Assembly (NCBI GenBank): GCA_037446915.1
Contig: JBBIHP010000003.1
Span: 2,123 to 66,122 of the forward strand
Origin: Ignavibacteria bacterium
GTDB taxonomy: Bacteria > Bacteroidota > Ignavibacteria > Ignavibacteriales > Melioribacteraceae
DNA: 64,000 nt
Reading direction: 5' to 3'
Below are positions 1 to 9,133 of the stretch, piece after piece. The first letter of the stretch is position 1; the number at the start of each line of letters is the position of its first letter. The notes under the pieces are model-generated. The model was not told where the DNA came from and ran no database searches. It saw only the letters and a program-made list of their open reading frames with translations. A program made the position numbers and the translations under genes.

Positions 1-191
1 TAATATACTGCATTTAAACAAAATTTTTTTCATTTATTCTCTTTAATAAATTGTTAGATGATTTACTGAAAAGTAACTGAAAAATTTGTTATTTTTTTCA
101 TGATTAAAATTGTATACCAAACAAGTTTTTAAAACAAAACATATAAAAGCAGCACATCTTAATTATTTGGTAATTACAAAAAGGAGGTTAA

Positions 192-557
192 ATGAAAAAA
201 CAATTATTAGTTCTATATACCGGATTTTTATTTTTCTTCTCAATTACAAATTTTGCTCAAGAAGCTTTACAGAATTTTACTTTAATTAATAAAACCGGAG
301 TAGTAATTCATAGCGTGTTTATTTCACCTAATGATTCTGAAAACTGGGAAGAGGACATTCTCGGTCAAGATGTCTTGGGAGATGGTGAAGAATGCGAGGT
401 AAAATTTAGCCCACTTGAAAATATTTGTCTTTGGGATCTAAAAATATCCGACTCTGATGGGAATGAAATAATGTGGCAAGATATTGATTTGTGCAAGTGG
501 TTAAAAATTACATTGCATTGGGATGGTAAAAAGGCCACTGCAACTTTTGAAGAATAA
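192..557 (+). CDS. Small secreted protein, unknown function
   Basis: 121-aa ORF. It has a signal-like N-terminus (MKKQLLVLYTGFLFFFSITNFAQ) and an AAGGAGG Shine-Dalgarno a few nt upstream of the ATG. No family recognised. Confidence 0.6.
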   Translation: MKKQLLVLYTGFLFFFSITNFAQEALQNFTLINKTGVVIHSVFISPNDSENWEEDILGQDVLGDGEECEVKFSPLENICLWDLKISDSDGNEIMWQDIDLCKWLKITLHWDGKKATATFEE

Positions 558-578
558 TATAACTTATTTTAATTATAG

Positions 579-671
579 AGCTGTCTCATTATTCGTTTTT
601 CTGAAATATCTTAAATCAATTCAATACTACAACAGTTTTATTTCCTTTAATATCTTGAAAATGAGACAGCT
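579..671. repeat. Inverted repeat with 12-bp perfect arms (AGCTGTCTCATT / AATGAGACAGCT) and a 69-nt loop
   Basis: The arms at 579-590 and 660-671 are exact reverse complements. The repeat lies between the stop codons of convergent genes 192..557 (+) and 689..3271 (-). Confidence 0.8.
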
Positions 672-688
672 TTAATATAAAAATTCGA

Positions 689-3271
689 TTACTTCAACCC
701 CGCCGAATGTATAGCGTTAAATAATAATTTGAAAGTTCCAAAAGTCCAGTGTCTGTTCTGCACTTTGAATCCGAACAAAATAACATGACCGTTTTTTTGT
801 TTAACATCTACAACAGCGGCTCGCTTAAATAAATAATCCTCGCCAAGTAAAAATCCCGATTTCAACAATTCCTTGTCCGGAAAACGAACAACAACACTCC
901 TATCAAATTTACCGAATGGAGTTGTGGTTGCAAATGCAATCTTATCGCTCACATAACCAAGACTCTCCTCTTCCATTCCGTAACCGATTGGTTGAGTGTT
1001 ATCAACATTTATCCGTAACAATGAACCGGGACAGAAGAAATCATCATTCCTCAAATTCTTCAATGTATTATTAACCCTAAGTCCCAGATCCTCAATTGCG
1101 AAATTGCATGCCTGACCAATTGTAAGAAGGTAGCCTCCATCCTTCTCAACAAAATTTTTCAGGTTCTCTAATCCAATCTTACCAAGTCCGCTGTCATATT
1201 CAGCCGGTCTAGGTCTTGAAAATCTTGCAGCATCACCGCTCGGTTTACCACTCTTAATCAAGTCCCCATTCATGTCAGGAATTATAATTACATCAAATTT
1301 CTTTTTAAGATTTTTGTCCTTGAAATCTTTGTTGTGCATAGTAACAAAGTTAAACTCATAATTCTCCAAAGCTAATCTCGTCCATCCTTCGTCCATATTA
1401 GCAGTCCATGGCTGATAAAGCCCAACTTTAAGTTTCTTAATCTCCTTTATCTTTTCCTTTTCAATCTGGTCTGCAACATCAAATTGAAGATGAAGATCTT
1501 CCGCCGCTTTCTTAATTATATCTTTGGATTTGAGATTGGCATCAACAAAAACTGATCCCTGGTTATATGTTTTGCTGTTTATTACAATTTTTTCTGTGTT
1601 CCAATAAACAGGAATGTTTGCTTTATGAAGTCTATTTATTAAAGTCGAATTTACATTCAATCCAGATTTTGCAACATAATATTCACCTGAATTTTCATTC
1701 ACCGAACCTTGCTGATATTTTGCATCGCTTAATTTTATAGAAGCAACCTCAAACGGTTTATCAACCTGAAAACTTTTTACTCCCATTAAATACGGCAATG
1801 TCCAGCCGGCAACATCATAAGGAACAATTGGAGATTCAGTGCGTGATTTTCTTAAATCAGGATAACTCTGTTCTTCCATCAAATCTTTTGCATATCGACC
1901 GTTTGGCTGAGCCAGATAAACTATATAACTGTTAGCGGGATAAATAATATTATCAACAATAAATTCTTTCTCGCTAAAGTTTACTTCAACTGCTCCCATC
2001 TGAAGTATCTCGATCATTTTAGAAGTTGTAACGGGATCATTCTGATCTCGTGGAATTACATAAGCAAATGGCTTTTCATTCTTCCCTTTTTCAATAGCTT
2101 CTTTAGTCATTCTATAATAGTTACTCAAAATTTCATTTTTGTGTTGAGAAGAAATTTTTATTAAAGCTTCAGTTAATGCGAGTTCATAGTTTACAATATC
2201 GCGCAGCCGCCACCAACCACCACGCCATGGATTTGGGTAATTGGTTCTTATATCATATGTAGTAATTTCGCTGGTTGCTCTTACTTCCGAAGGATCAATA
2301 AAAACAGGACTTGCGACATTAACGCTTGCCATTTCAGATAAAAGTGAAATTTGATTATGCCACATTCCGCAATCGCTTGCTGGACCTTCCCACCAACCTT
2401 CAAAAAGTGCATGACTAATAACTCCGTTGTAACCTTGTTGTTCGAGATCGAGCGCGGTGTAGCTTCCAATTAATCCGGCCCATCGCCAGATAAGAGGATT
2501 TACATTAGGATTAATAGGATCTTTATACGGCACTACAAATAAACGAGCACCGTTGTTTCCCATCTGATGCTCATCCAGCCAGATTTGCGGAAGCCAATCG
2601 TGGAATGCAACCTTAACAACATTTTTAGTTTCCTGAAGATTGAACATAAACCAGTCGCGGTTATTATCGTGTCCGGCATAAGTCTGATAAAGCCATGGCA
2701 TTTGTGCGCCGTCGTATTCGGTGTTTAATGTTTTGTTGTACCAGTCAACAACCATCGTTGTACCATCAGGATTAATTGACGGCATCAGAATAAAAATGAC
2801 GTCGCTCAAGGAATTAATAACTTCCTGCGAAGCTTTGCCAGTTATTAAATTGTAAGCAAGCTCCATCGACATTTGTGCTGAAGCAATTTCCGTTGAGTGA
2901 ATATTACAGGTAACCAGCACAATTGTCTTTCCTTCTTTAACAAGTGGTTCGGCTTCTGCATCGGAGGTTATACGCGGATCGGAAAGTTTTTTTATTATGT
3001 CCCGGTATTTATCGACATTGCGGATATTTTCCTCGGAGCTAATAACAGCCATGAACATATCGCGCTTCTGCGAGGTCTTGCCGATTTCCTGATAAATAAT
3101 TTGTTTGGAAAATTCAGCAAGGTGTTTAAAATATTTTTGAATGGTTTCGTAATCAGCAATTTTATAGTCAGCACCAACTTTGTATCCTAAGAATTCCTCG
3201 GGTGATTTTAATTGCTGTGAAAAAATAAATGATGAAACAGTAAGAAGAAGTATTAGAGAACGTTTTAACAT
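689..3271 (-). CDS. Secreted M14-family zinc metallocarboxypeptidase-like protein
   Basis: 860 aa with a signal peptide. The M14 motifs appear in order: NIHSTEIAS (HxxE zinc ligands), SINPDG, HDNNRDW, and LDEHQMG (third zinc His). Confidence 0.85.
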   Translation of the reverse strand: MLKRSLILLLTVSSFIFSQQLKSPEEFLGYKVGADYKIADYETIQKYFKHLAEFSKQIIYQEIGKTSQKRDMFMAVISSEENIRNVDKYRDIIKKLSDPRITSDAEAEPLVKEGKTIVLVTCNIHSTEIASAQMSMELAYNLITGKASQEVINSLSDVIFILMPSINPDGTTMVVDWYNKTLNTEYDGAQMPWLYQTYAGHDNNRDWFMFNLQETKNVVKVAFHDWLPQIWLDEHQMGNNGARLFVVPYKDPINPNVNPLIWRWAGLIGSYTALDLEQQGYNGVISHALFEGWWEGPASDCGMWHNQISLLSEMASVNVASPVFIDPSEVRATSEITTYDIRTNYPNPWRGGWWRLRDIVNYELALTEALIKISSQHKNEILSNYYRMTKEAIEKGKNEKPFAYVIPRDQNDPVTTSKMIEILQMGAVEVNFSEKEFIVDNIIYPANSYIVYLAQPNGRYAKDLMEEQSYPDLRKSRTESPIVPYDVAGWTLPYLMGVKSFQVDKPFEVASIKLSDAKYQQGSVNENSGEYYVAKSGLNVNSTLINRLHKANIPVYWNTEKIVINSKTYNQGSVFVDANLKSKDIIKKAAEDLHLQFDVADQIEKEKIKEIKKLKVGLYQPWTANMDEGWTRLALENYEFNFVTMHNKDFKDKNLKKKFDVIIIPDMNGDLIKSGKPSGDAARFSRPRPAEYDSGLGKIGLENLKNFVEKDGGYLLTIGQACNFAIEDLGLRVNNTLKNLRNDDFFCPGSLLRINVDNTQPIGYGMEEESLGYVSDKIAFATTTPFGKFDRSVVVRFPDKELLKSGFLLGEDYLFKRAAVVDVKQKNGHVILFGFKVQNRHWTFGTFKLLFNAIHSAGLK

Positions 3272-3377
3272 ATAATACCTCGATGAAGTTTTTTAGATTT
3301 ATTCGTGCTCAAATTATGAAATCAATTAATGAAAGGACACAAATATTTTTGAAAAGAATATTTAAGAGAAGTAATAA

Positions 3378-4010
3378 CTATAAGAGTTCAAGAATGGAAT
3401 CGCATACTTGAACACCGCACTCAAGTAATACTTTTTTATTCTGGTGTCCGCTTGCCAGCAAGATACAATCAGCACCTATTTCCGATGCGACTTCAAAATC
3501 GTGAACGGTATCGCCAATCAAAAGTGTTTCCCCTTTACCATTGCCAAGCCGCTTCATCAAATCTTTACCGAGGTGAAGTTTACTTGCAGCATAAATATTA
3601 TCGAGTCCAACAACATGTGTAAAATATTTTTTCAACCCGTAATGTTCAACAAGTTCATCCAGTGTGTGCTGTGAGTATGCTGAAAGTATCGATTGACCAA
3701 TTGCTGCGTTCTCAATTTTATTGAGTAGAACCGTAACACCTTTATAAAGATTACACTCAAATTTTCTGCACTCATATTCATCCATCCATATTTTACCCAG
3801 CTTCTCAAAAGATTCCTTTTCAAAATTGAAACCGAGTGCAGCATAATAATTTTTTACAGGGATAGTGAATACCTCCCGGTATCTATTTATGTCAATTTCT
3901 GGAATCGAGCGGGATTGTGCGAGCCAGTTGATTAACTCAACACATAACTCAACATCATTAAGAATTGTCCCGTTCCAGTCCCAGATTATATGTTTGTATT
4001 TTTCTATCAT
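3378..4010 (-). CDS. HAD-superfamily hydrolase (phosphatase-like)
   Basis: 210 aa. It has an N-terminal HAD motif I variant (IIWDWNGTILND) and a C-terminal GDTVHDFEVA motif IV-like acidic patch, which is the typical HAD-IA layout. Confidence 0.75.
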   Translation of the reverse strand: MIEKYKHIIWDWNGTILNDVELCVELINWLAQSRSIPEIDINRYREVFTIPVKNYYAALGFNFEKESFEKLGKIWMDEYECRKFECNLYKGVTVLLNKIENAAIGQSILSAYSQHTLDELVEHYGLKKYFTHVVGLDNIYAASKLHLGKDLMKRLGNGKGETLLIGDTVHDFEVASEIGADCILLASGHQNKKVLLECGVQVCDSILELL

Positions 4011-4326
4011 GGGTGCAAATTTATTGGATAATTTTTAATCGGCAAAATATTATTTCATAAATAACAAATAATGTAAAAGAATTTAGAAACATTTATATAA
4101 ACCCAAACAACCCTTTTTTGAAAGTTTTAAAAATTGTTTTTGCACCAAAGATATCAATTCGATAAGTTACCTCCGGTTGCTATTCATTTTCCCTATTACA
4201 ATAACGTAGTTCATAACAAAGTTAATTGATTATTTCTTTCCACATTTGAAGGGGATTCTGTAGTGGGCATAATACCATCAGGATTTCTATTCTTCTTAAC
4301 TCCAATTAACATATATTATAAGTTGA

Positions 4327-4545
4327 GAATCACATAAGAACAAGAATAATTTTCGGTTTGCTCTTTATCTTTTTGTCATTGCTGAATTTAGTTGCCCGGG
4401 AAAAATCTATTCTGGGGATCTGTCTACAATAAAATTACCTATGCCAGATCACAGTCACAACCCGATATTGTCGGGCGGAATTTACTTCAATCAGTTGTGA
4501 GACGGAGGGTTTGTACAAACACAAAAGATGATTTTCCTCCGTTAA
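4327..4545 (+). pseudogene. Decayed remnant of a T9SS C-terminal sorting domain (gene fragment)
   Basis: One frame reads ...PGKIYSGDLSTIKLP..ILSGGIYFNQL*DGGFVQTQKMIFLR*. This matches the terminal strands of T9SS CTDs (compare the neighbour's ...LYSGIYFYRLTAGNNSQTKKMVYLK), but it carries an in-frame TGA near 4498 and no upstream ORF. Confidence 0.4.
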
Positions 4546-4570
4546 AAAAATAATTACTAAAAGGTGAACA

Positions 4571-5965
4571 ATGATAAAAATTGCGCATTTAATAATTGCC
4601 ATAAACACATTAGTTATTGCTCAAGAAAGCTATACTCTCTCCTGGACGGGAAATCATTCAGGTTACGTTAGAACAGTTGCAATAAGTTCTAATGGTTCCA
4701 AAGTTTTTTCCGGTAGTGATGATAAAACTGTAAAAGCATGGAATGCAGCTACAGGAAGTTTATTATGGTCAAGCCCGTTCGATGGAAGAGTAAACTGGAT
4801 TGATGTAAGTCTGGATGGAACTCGTGTTGTTGCAGCAAGTGCAGATAAAACAGTTAGAATGCTCGATGCAGAAACCGGTGCACAACTCTGGATAATGACC
4901 GATGTTGATGTTGTAATAGCAGCGCTCTTTTGTTCATTTGATACCCGCGTAATGATTGCAAACGAGGATAATCTGGTTAAATGTTTAAATGCAAACAACG
5001 GAAATGTAGTGTGGCTTGGTGTTCACGATTCAAACCTTAATTCCGGTATTCATTTTCTTTCGATAAGCAGTAACGGTAATTTTGCCGTTTCTGGTTCAAC
5101 TCAATATATAAAAGTATGGAATATAACAACACAATTACCGGCGTCTATTGCTTCAATTGGATCTACTGTTTCTACAGTCTATTTCAATCCTGATTACTCC
5201 AGGGTTGTTTCTGCTGATTGGAGCGGTAATGTAAGGATATGGAATGCAACAACAGGCGCACCGATTACTACTATGAATCATTCCGGGATTGTTAATGCGG
5301 CAAGATACATTCCCGATGGATCTAAAATTGTATCTATTGGTAACAACAGAATTGTAAAATTATGGGATGTTGGAACCGGACAACAATTGTGGAGTGGTAA
5401 TCATAACGATGAAGTAGTGTCGGTTACATTCAGTCCGGATGGAAGCCGTATAGCAACGGGAAGCGGTTCTGCAGAAAGTTTGATTAGATTGTGGAATACT
5501 TCTAATGGAAATCTAATATGGACAAGTCCAGTTGGTGAAGCCGGTCAGACAGTCAGCAAAATTATTTTCAGCCCTGATGGAAATAAAATTATTAACGCCA
5601 ACTTCCAGAGTAATTCAATTAAATGCTGGACAAAAGTTCCAACAAGTGTAGGGCAGCAAGGAAATATCCCGATTGAATTTTCACTTTCCCAGAATTACCC
5701 TAATCCATTTAATCCGGGAACAACAATAAAATATACAATTCCAAACGTGGAGTCGAGGCATGCCTCGACCTTACAGCATGTAACATTAAAAGTATATGAT
5801 ATTCTGGGAAGAGAAGTTGCAACGCTTGTTGATGAATACAAACTACCGGGGCTTTATAATTGCGAATTTAGAATTGAGAATGGAGAATTATACAGTGGAA
5901 TTTATTTTTATAGACTAACAGCCGGAAATAATTCACAAACAAAAAAGATGGTTTACTTGAAATAG
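4571..5965 (+). CDS. Secreted WD40-repeat beta-propeller protein with T9SS C-terminal sorting domain
   Basis: 464 aa with a signal peptide. It has repeated WD40-like units (SGSDDKTVKAWN, DKTVRMLD, GNVRIWN, IVKLWD, LIRLWN). The C-terminus is FSLSQNYPNPFNPGTTIKY...VTLKVYDILGREVATLVDE...GIYFYRL...KKMVYLK. Confidence 0.8.
   Translation: MIKIAHLIIAINTLVIAQESYTLSWTGNHSGYVRTVAISSNGSKVFSGSDDKTVKAWNAATGSLLWSSPFDGRVNWIDVSLDGTRVVAASADKTVRMLDAETGAQLWIMTDVDVVIAALFCSFDTRVMIANEDNLVKCLNANNGNVVWLGVHDSNLNSGIHFLSISSNGNFAVSGSTQYIKVWNITTQLPASIASIGSTVSTVYFNPDYSRVVSADWSGNVRIWNATTGAPITTMNHSGIVNAARYIPDGSKIVSIGNNRIVKLWDVGTGQQLWSGNHNDEVVSVTFSPDGSRIATGSGSAESLIRLWNTSNGNLIWTSPVGEAGQTVSKIIFSPDGNKIINANFQSNSIKCWTKVPTSVGQQGNIPIEFSLSQNYPNPFNPGTTIKYTIPNVESRHASTLQHVTLKVYDILGREVATLVDEYKLPGLYNCEFRIENGELYSGIYFYRLTAGNNSQTKKMVYLK
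5752..5769. repeat. 18-bp perfect palindrome GTCGAGGCATGCCTCGAC embedded in-frame in the T9SS domain
   Basis: Read directly from the sequence. It encodes part of VESRHAST, between the IKYTIP and VTLKVYD strands of the sorting domain. Confidence 0.85.
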
Positions 5966-6025
5966 TTATTTTGATTTCCGCTGCTTGTTGATAAATCTGC
6001 GCATTAATCTTTTTTGAAAGTAATT

Positions 6026-7717
6026 TTAGAAGTTAAACATCATTCTAAGGCAAGCATAACTTGTGTTTAATAAAGTTTCTTTAGTTACATTTCTTTCTGC
6101 AACATATCTATAGAAGAGATCAAACCAGACTTCTCTTACCGGCTCAATTCTAAAGTTGAACGAAAAAATATTCTGGTTTATTCTCTCGCCATCTAAAAAA
6201 TTAATATACTTTGCATCTATCAATTCTCTGTGCCCGGTCATATAATCACCCCCGGCATTAAAAATAAGGTTGCCCTGTCCATCATAAATATTTTCGCCGG
6301 AGCGGACATGCTGAAATTCAAAATTAACTTTCATCTTTTCATTGATGTTATAAGTAACAGCAGTATGAATTTCATCTGCATTAGGGCCGATTCTATGACC
6401 AAGATTCTGTGCATGCGATGTATAAGAATTTTTTATATTGACATGTGAATAAACATAAGGACGGATTCTTGTGTATTCAAGGACGAGAGACAGATCATCT
6501 ATAGAAAACGGTGAATACCAGAATGCACCAACCTGATATGCTGTTTTGTTTGAGAAAAGATCCAGCTCCTGTAAGTGCGATAGAATATTTTCATCAAGAA
6601 AAAATGTTGCCTGGAATTCAAGATTCTTTAAAAAGTTCGATTGAAAATCTAAAAATACTAATCCGTTATCTCTATCCTGAAGAGACATCTCAACATATTT
6701 ATAGAACACAAAAGGATTGAGGTAAGCAAGGTCAAGTCCCCTACCACTATAAATAACTGATTCACCGAATCCCAAATCAAATAGATTTTCGAATGAAAGT
6801 TTGAACCGGTTATATGCAATATTTTTTGTGTAATTCAATTCCCTATCAAAATGAAACTCCCCAATAGTTGAAGCATGAAGGGAAGTGAAGCTAAATATTC
6901 CGTAATTGAAATCTATTTTAATAAAATCGAGAACAGGGTGATCGCCTGATAAGACGAGTTTGCTGCCGTAGCCGTAACCAAGCTTCAATTTTTCTCTACC
7001 AATTTGAAACGCGAGGTTCATACCATAAGCCGGTTCAGTATAATAACGCAGATAACCTTCTGCAAAATCGTAATTACCGATATTTTCGAAGCGTTCGTAA
7101 TATTTGAAATTGTAATTCAGCCGCGGATCAAAAGTCGGCGCCAGATCCTGAGAGCCGGCAATACCGCCTTTTTGTGCCGTTAAACTATAACCGATTTTAT
7201 CGAATACGGTTCCTCTGAATCTGAATCCGATATCAAACAATGAAGAGTTGTTTACAAATGGTTTGAACTGCTGACCCTGTAATGCTCTTCCGAGTATTTC
7301 GAGATAATAATTTGCATTATCATCTCGGTAACTATACATATGTTTAATCTTATCTGAGAAGAAATCGGAATAATCCGATGAAAAGCCGGAGCCCGTTCCA
7401 AAGAACTGAAATGTATTAGAGCTGTCGGCTTTATCATCATAAAATTCATTTTGATATTTTATTAAGAACCGTTTCTCATTCGCGCTTAACTCATTTATTT
7501 TCTCATTCAAAAATTCAAGATGTTTTCTAACTTCATACCTGGACATAACCGGATTATCATCATGAACATCTTTAATTATTCCTTTCACCTTCATCTCTTT
7601 AAGAAAGTGATAAACATAATGATCAATCGGGACATTATCGTGCTGACCAAAAATTTGTAAACATAATAAAAACAAAATAAATACTGTCTTAGAGAAAATA
7701 CTTTTGAGTCCGGTCAT
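6026..7717 (-). CDS. Outer-membrane beta-barrel protein, capsule-assembly Wzi-like
   Basis: 563 aa with a signal peptide. It has an N-terminal helical YxxLxxLxxxGxI-type motif (HYVYHFLKEMKVKGII), alternating aromatic/Gly-rich beta-strand composition and a C-terminal F. Confidence 0.45.
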   Translation of the reverse strand: MTGLKSIFSKTVFILFLLCLQIFGQHDNVPIDHYVYHFLKEMKVKGIIKDVHDDNPVMSRYEVRKHLEFLNEKINELSANEKRFLIKYQNEFYDDKADSSNTFQFFGTGSGFSSDYSDFFSDKIKHMYSYRDDNANYYLEILGRALQGQQFKPFVNNSSLFDIGFRFRGTVFDKIGYSLTAQKGGIAGSQDLAPTFDPRLNYNFKYYERFENIGNYDFAEGYLRYYTEPAYGMNLAFQIGREKLKLGYGYGSKLVLSGDHPVLDFIKIDFNYGIFSFTSLHASTIGEFHFDRELNYTKNIAYNRFKLSFENLFDLGFGESVIYSGRGLDLAYLNPFVFYKYVEMSLQDRDNGLVFLDFQSNFLKNLEFQATFFLDENILSHLQELDLFSNKTAYQVGAFWYSPFSIDDLSLVLEYTRIRPYVYSHVNIKNSYTSHAQNLGHRIGPNADEIHTAVTYNINEKMKVNFEFQHVRSGENIYDGQGNLIFNAGGDYMTGHRELIDAKYINFLDGERINQNIFSFNFRIEPVREVWFDLFYRYVAERNVTKETLLNTSYACLRMMFNF

Positions 7718-7737
7718 ATTTAGTCGTTTATCATTAA

Positions 7738-9027
7738 TTATACATTTTTAGTTTTTGGTGCAAGATATTTATTATATAACAAGAGTCCGATAATTGTAAC
7801 CACACCAATCATACTGAAAATAATCCACAATAAACTCGGCTGGTTAAGATTATCAACAAAGTGGACATAAAGATTAGCGCCAAGAATTCCTCCAATACCG
7901 CTTCCTAAAACTCCATATAAAAATGAGTAACCCAGGTACAAAGCTTTTTTATCTTCGGGTGCAATTAACCCTACATAACTAATAAATTTTGGATGCGCGG
8001 TCATCTCGCCGATAGAGAATACCATAATGCCAATCATAAAAACCCAGATATTTGTAGATATTGCAAGAACCGCCATACCTACTGTTCCCATTGTTATGCC
8101 GGTAATCATTGTAGGAAGTGCTTTTTTATTCTTCACAATATTCGAAACAATTATTTGAAGAAGGATAATTGTTCCGGCGTTTATAACCGTAACATGTTCA
8201 ACATCAAATTTCCAGTTTAGATTAATTCCGATTGCTGCAAACAAACCATTAACCGCACCATCAAGCGAAGATGCATCAACATATTTCTGAACATACCAGA
8301 GCACAGAATCGAACATCTGGAAATATAGAATCCAGAAACCAGAGTAAATAACAATCAGCCCTATAAATCTGAAATCTGTTAAAACAAGAACCATCCCTTC
8401 TAATACTTCAGATAATTTTTTTGTGTTCTCGGGTTTTTTAGGTTCTTTATAAATAAGATAAGTTGGAATTAACATTGCTGCAGTGCAAATTGCGGAAGCC
8501 ATCATTACATATTGCCATCCGAATGCACTTTTAATGTAAGGAACCAGAATCAAAGGGAATAAAAATGCACCAAGATTTATTGACCAGTAAAAAATTCCAA
8601 ATCCTACTGTAGAATTAGATTCATTGGTTTCCCGTGCAATTGTTCCTGAAATCATTGGTTTGAAAGCACCGGCACCGAACGCCATTATTACTAAACTTGC
8701 AAATACCATTGCGTACTCGGTTGTTTGACTTGTAAGAAAATATCCGAGTCCGAGAAACAGGAATGCAAAAGTTAATGTCTTTCTGTATCCATATCTATCC
8801 CCTATTGCACCGGATAAGATTGGAAGAATATAAAGAAGAGGTTGAATTGTGCTTTTAATTACACCAACAGACTCTTTGGAAAAACTTAATTGATCTGTCA
8901 TATAAACAGATAGAATGCTCATCATTCCATAATAAGAACCGCGTTCAAAAAACTCCATCACAATTACGGTCCAGAAATTCTTTGAAAAGGATTTGAATAC
9001 GTTTGTTTTGGGTGTGGTTTCTGCCAT
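7738..9027 (-). CDS. POT/PTR2-family (MFS) di-/tripeptide:proton symporter
   Basis: 429 aa and polytopic. It carries the POT signature ExxERxxYYG as EFFERGSYYGMMSILSVYMT, plus GAIGDRYGYRKT. Confidence 0.75.
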   Translation of the reverse strand: MAETTPKTNVFKSFSKNFWTVIVMEFFERGSYYGMMSILSVYMTDQLSFSKESVGVIKSTIQPLLYILPILSGAIGDRYGYRKTLTFAFLFLGLGYFLTSQTTEYAMVFASLVIMAFGAGAFKPMISGTIARETNESNSTVGFGIFYWSINLGAFLFPLILVPYIKSAFGWQYVMMASAICTAAMLIPTYLIYKEPKKPENTKKLSEVLEGMVLVLTDFRFIGLIVIYSGFWILYFQMFDSVLWYVQKYVDASSLDGAVNGLFAAIGINLNWKFDVEHVTVINAGTIILLQIIVSNIVKNKKALPTMITGITMGTVGMAVLAISTNIWVFMIGIMVFSIGEMTAHPKFISYVGLIAPEDKKALYLGYSFLYGVLGSGIGGILGANLYVHFVDNLNQPSLLWIIFSMIGVVTIIGLLLYNKYLAPKTKNV

Positions 9028-9099
9028 AGGATGCCTTTTTTAGTGTGCAAGATAGGTCGGCATTGGCATTTTTGCAAAGAGAAATGAATGTTATATGAA

Positions 9100-9122
9100 G
9101 AGACGTTCCGATGAAACGTCTC
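9100..9122 (-). terminator. Stem-loop 11 nt downstream of the RND pump stop (GAGACGTT-7 nt-AACGTCTC)
   Basis: 8-bp perfect stem. The U-tract on the minus strand is weak, so terminator function is tentative. Confidence 0.35.
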
Positions 9123-9133
9123 ATTTAATAAAA

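Noticed and set aside
1-33. Possible minus-strand gene start (ATG at 31-33 reading MKKILFKCSIL...) running off the left edge
   Set aside because: Only 11 codons are visible, which is too little to support a feature.
3957-3963. My hand translation across the line boundaries at 3960/3961 and 42840/42841 gave a 1-nt excess relative to the ORF track. This would imply frameshifts in the HAD and metalloprotease genes.
   Set aside because: The ORF track shows uninterrupted 210-aa and 821-aa proteins with intact motifs on both sides. I attribute the discrepancy to my own reading of homopolymer runs, not to real frameshifts. It is the reason I give a 1-2 nt tolerance on hand-indexed motifs.
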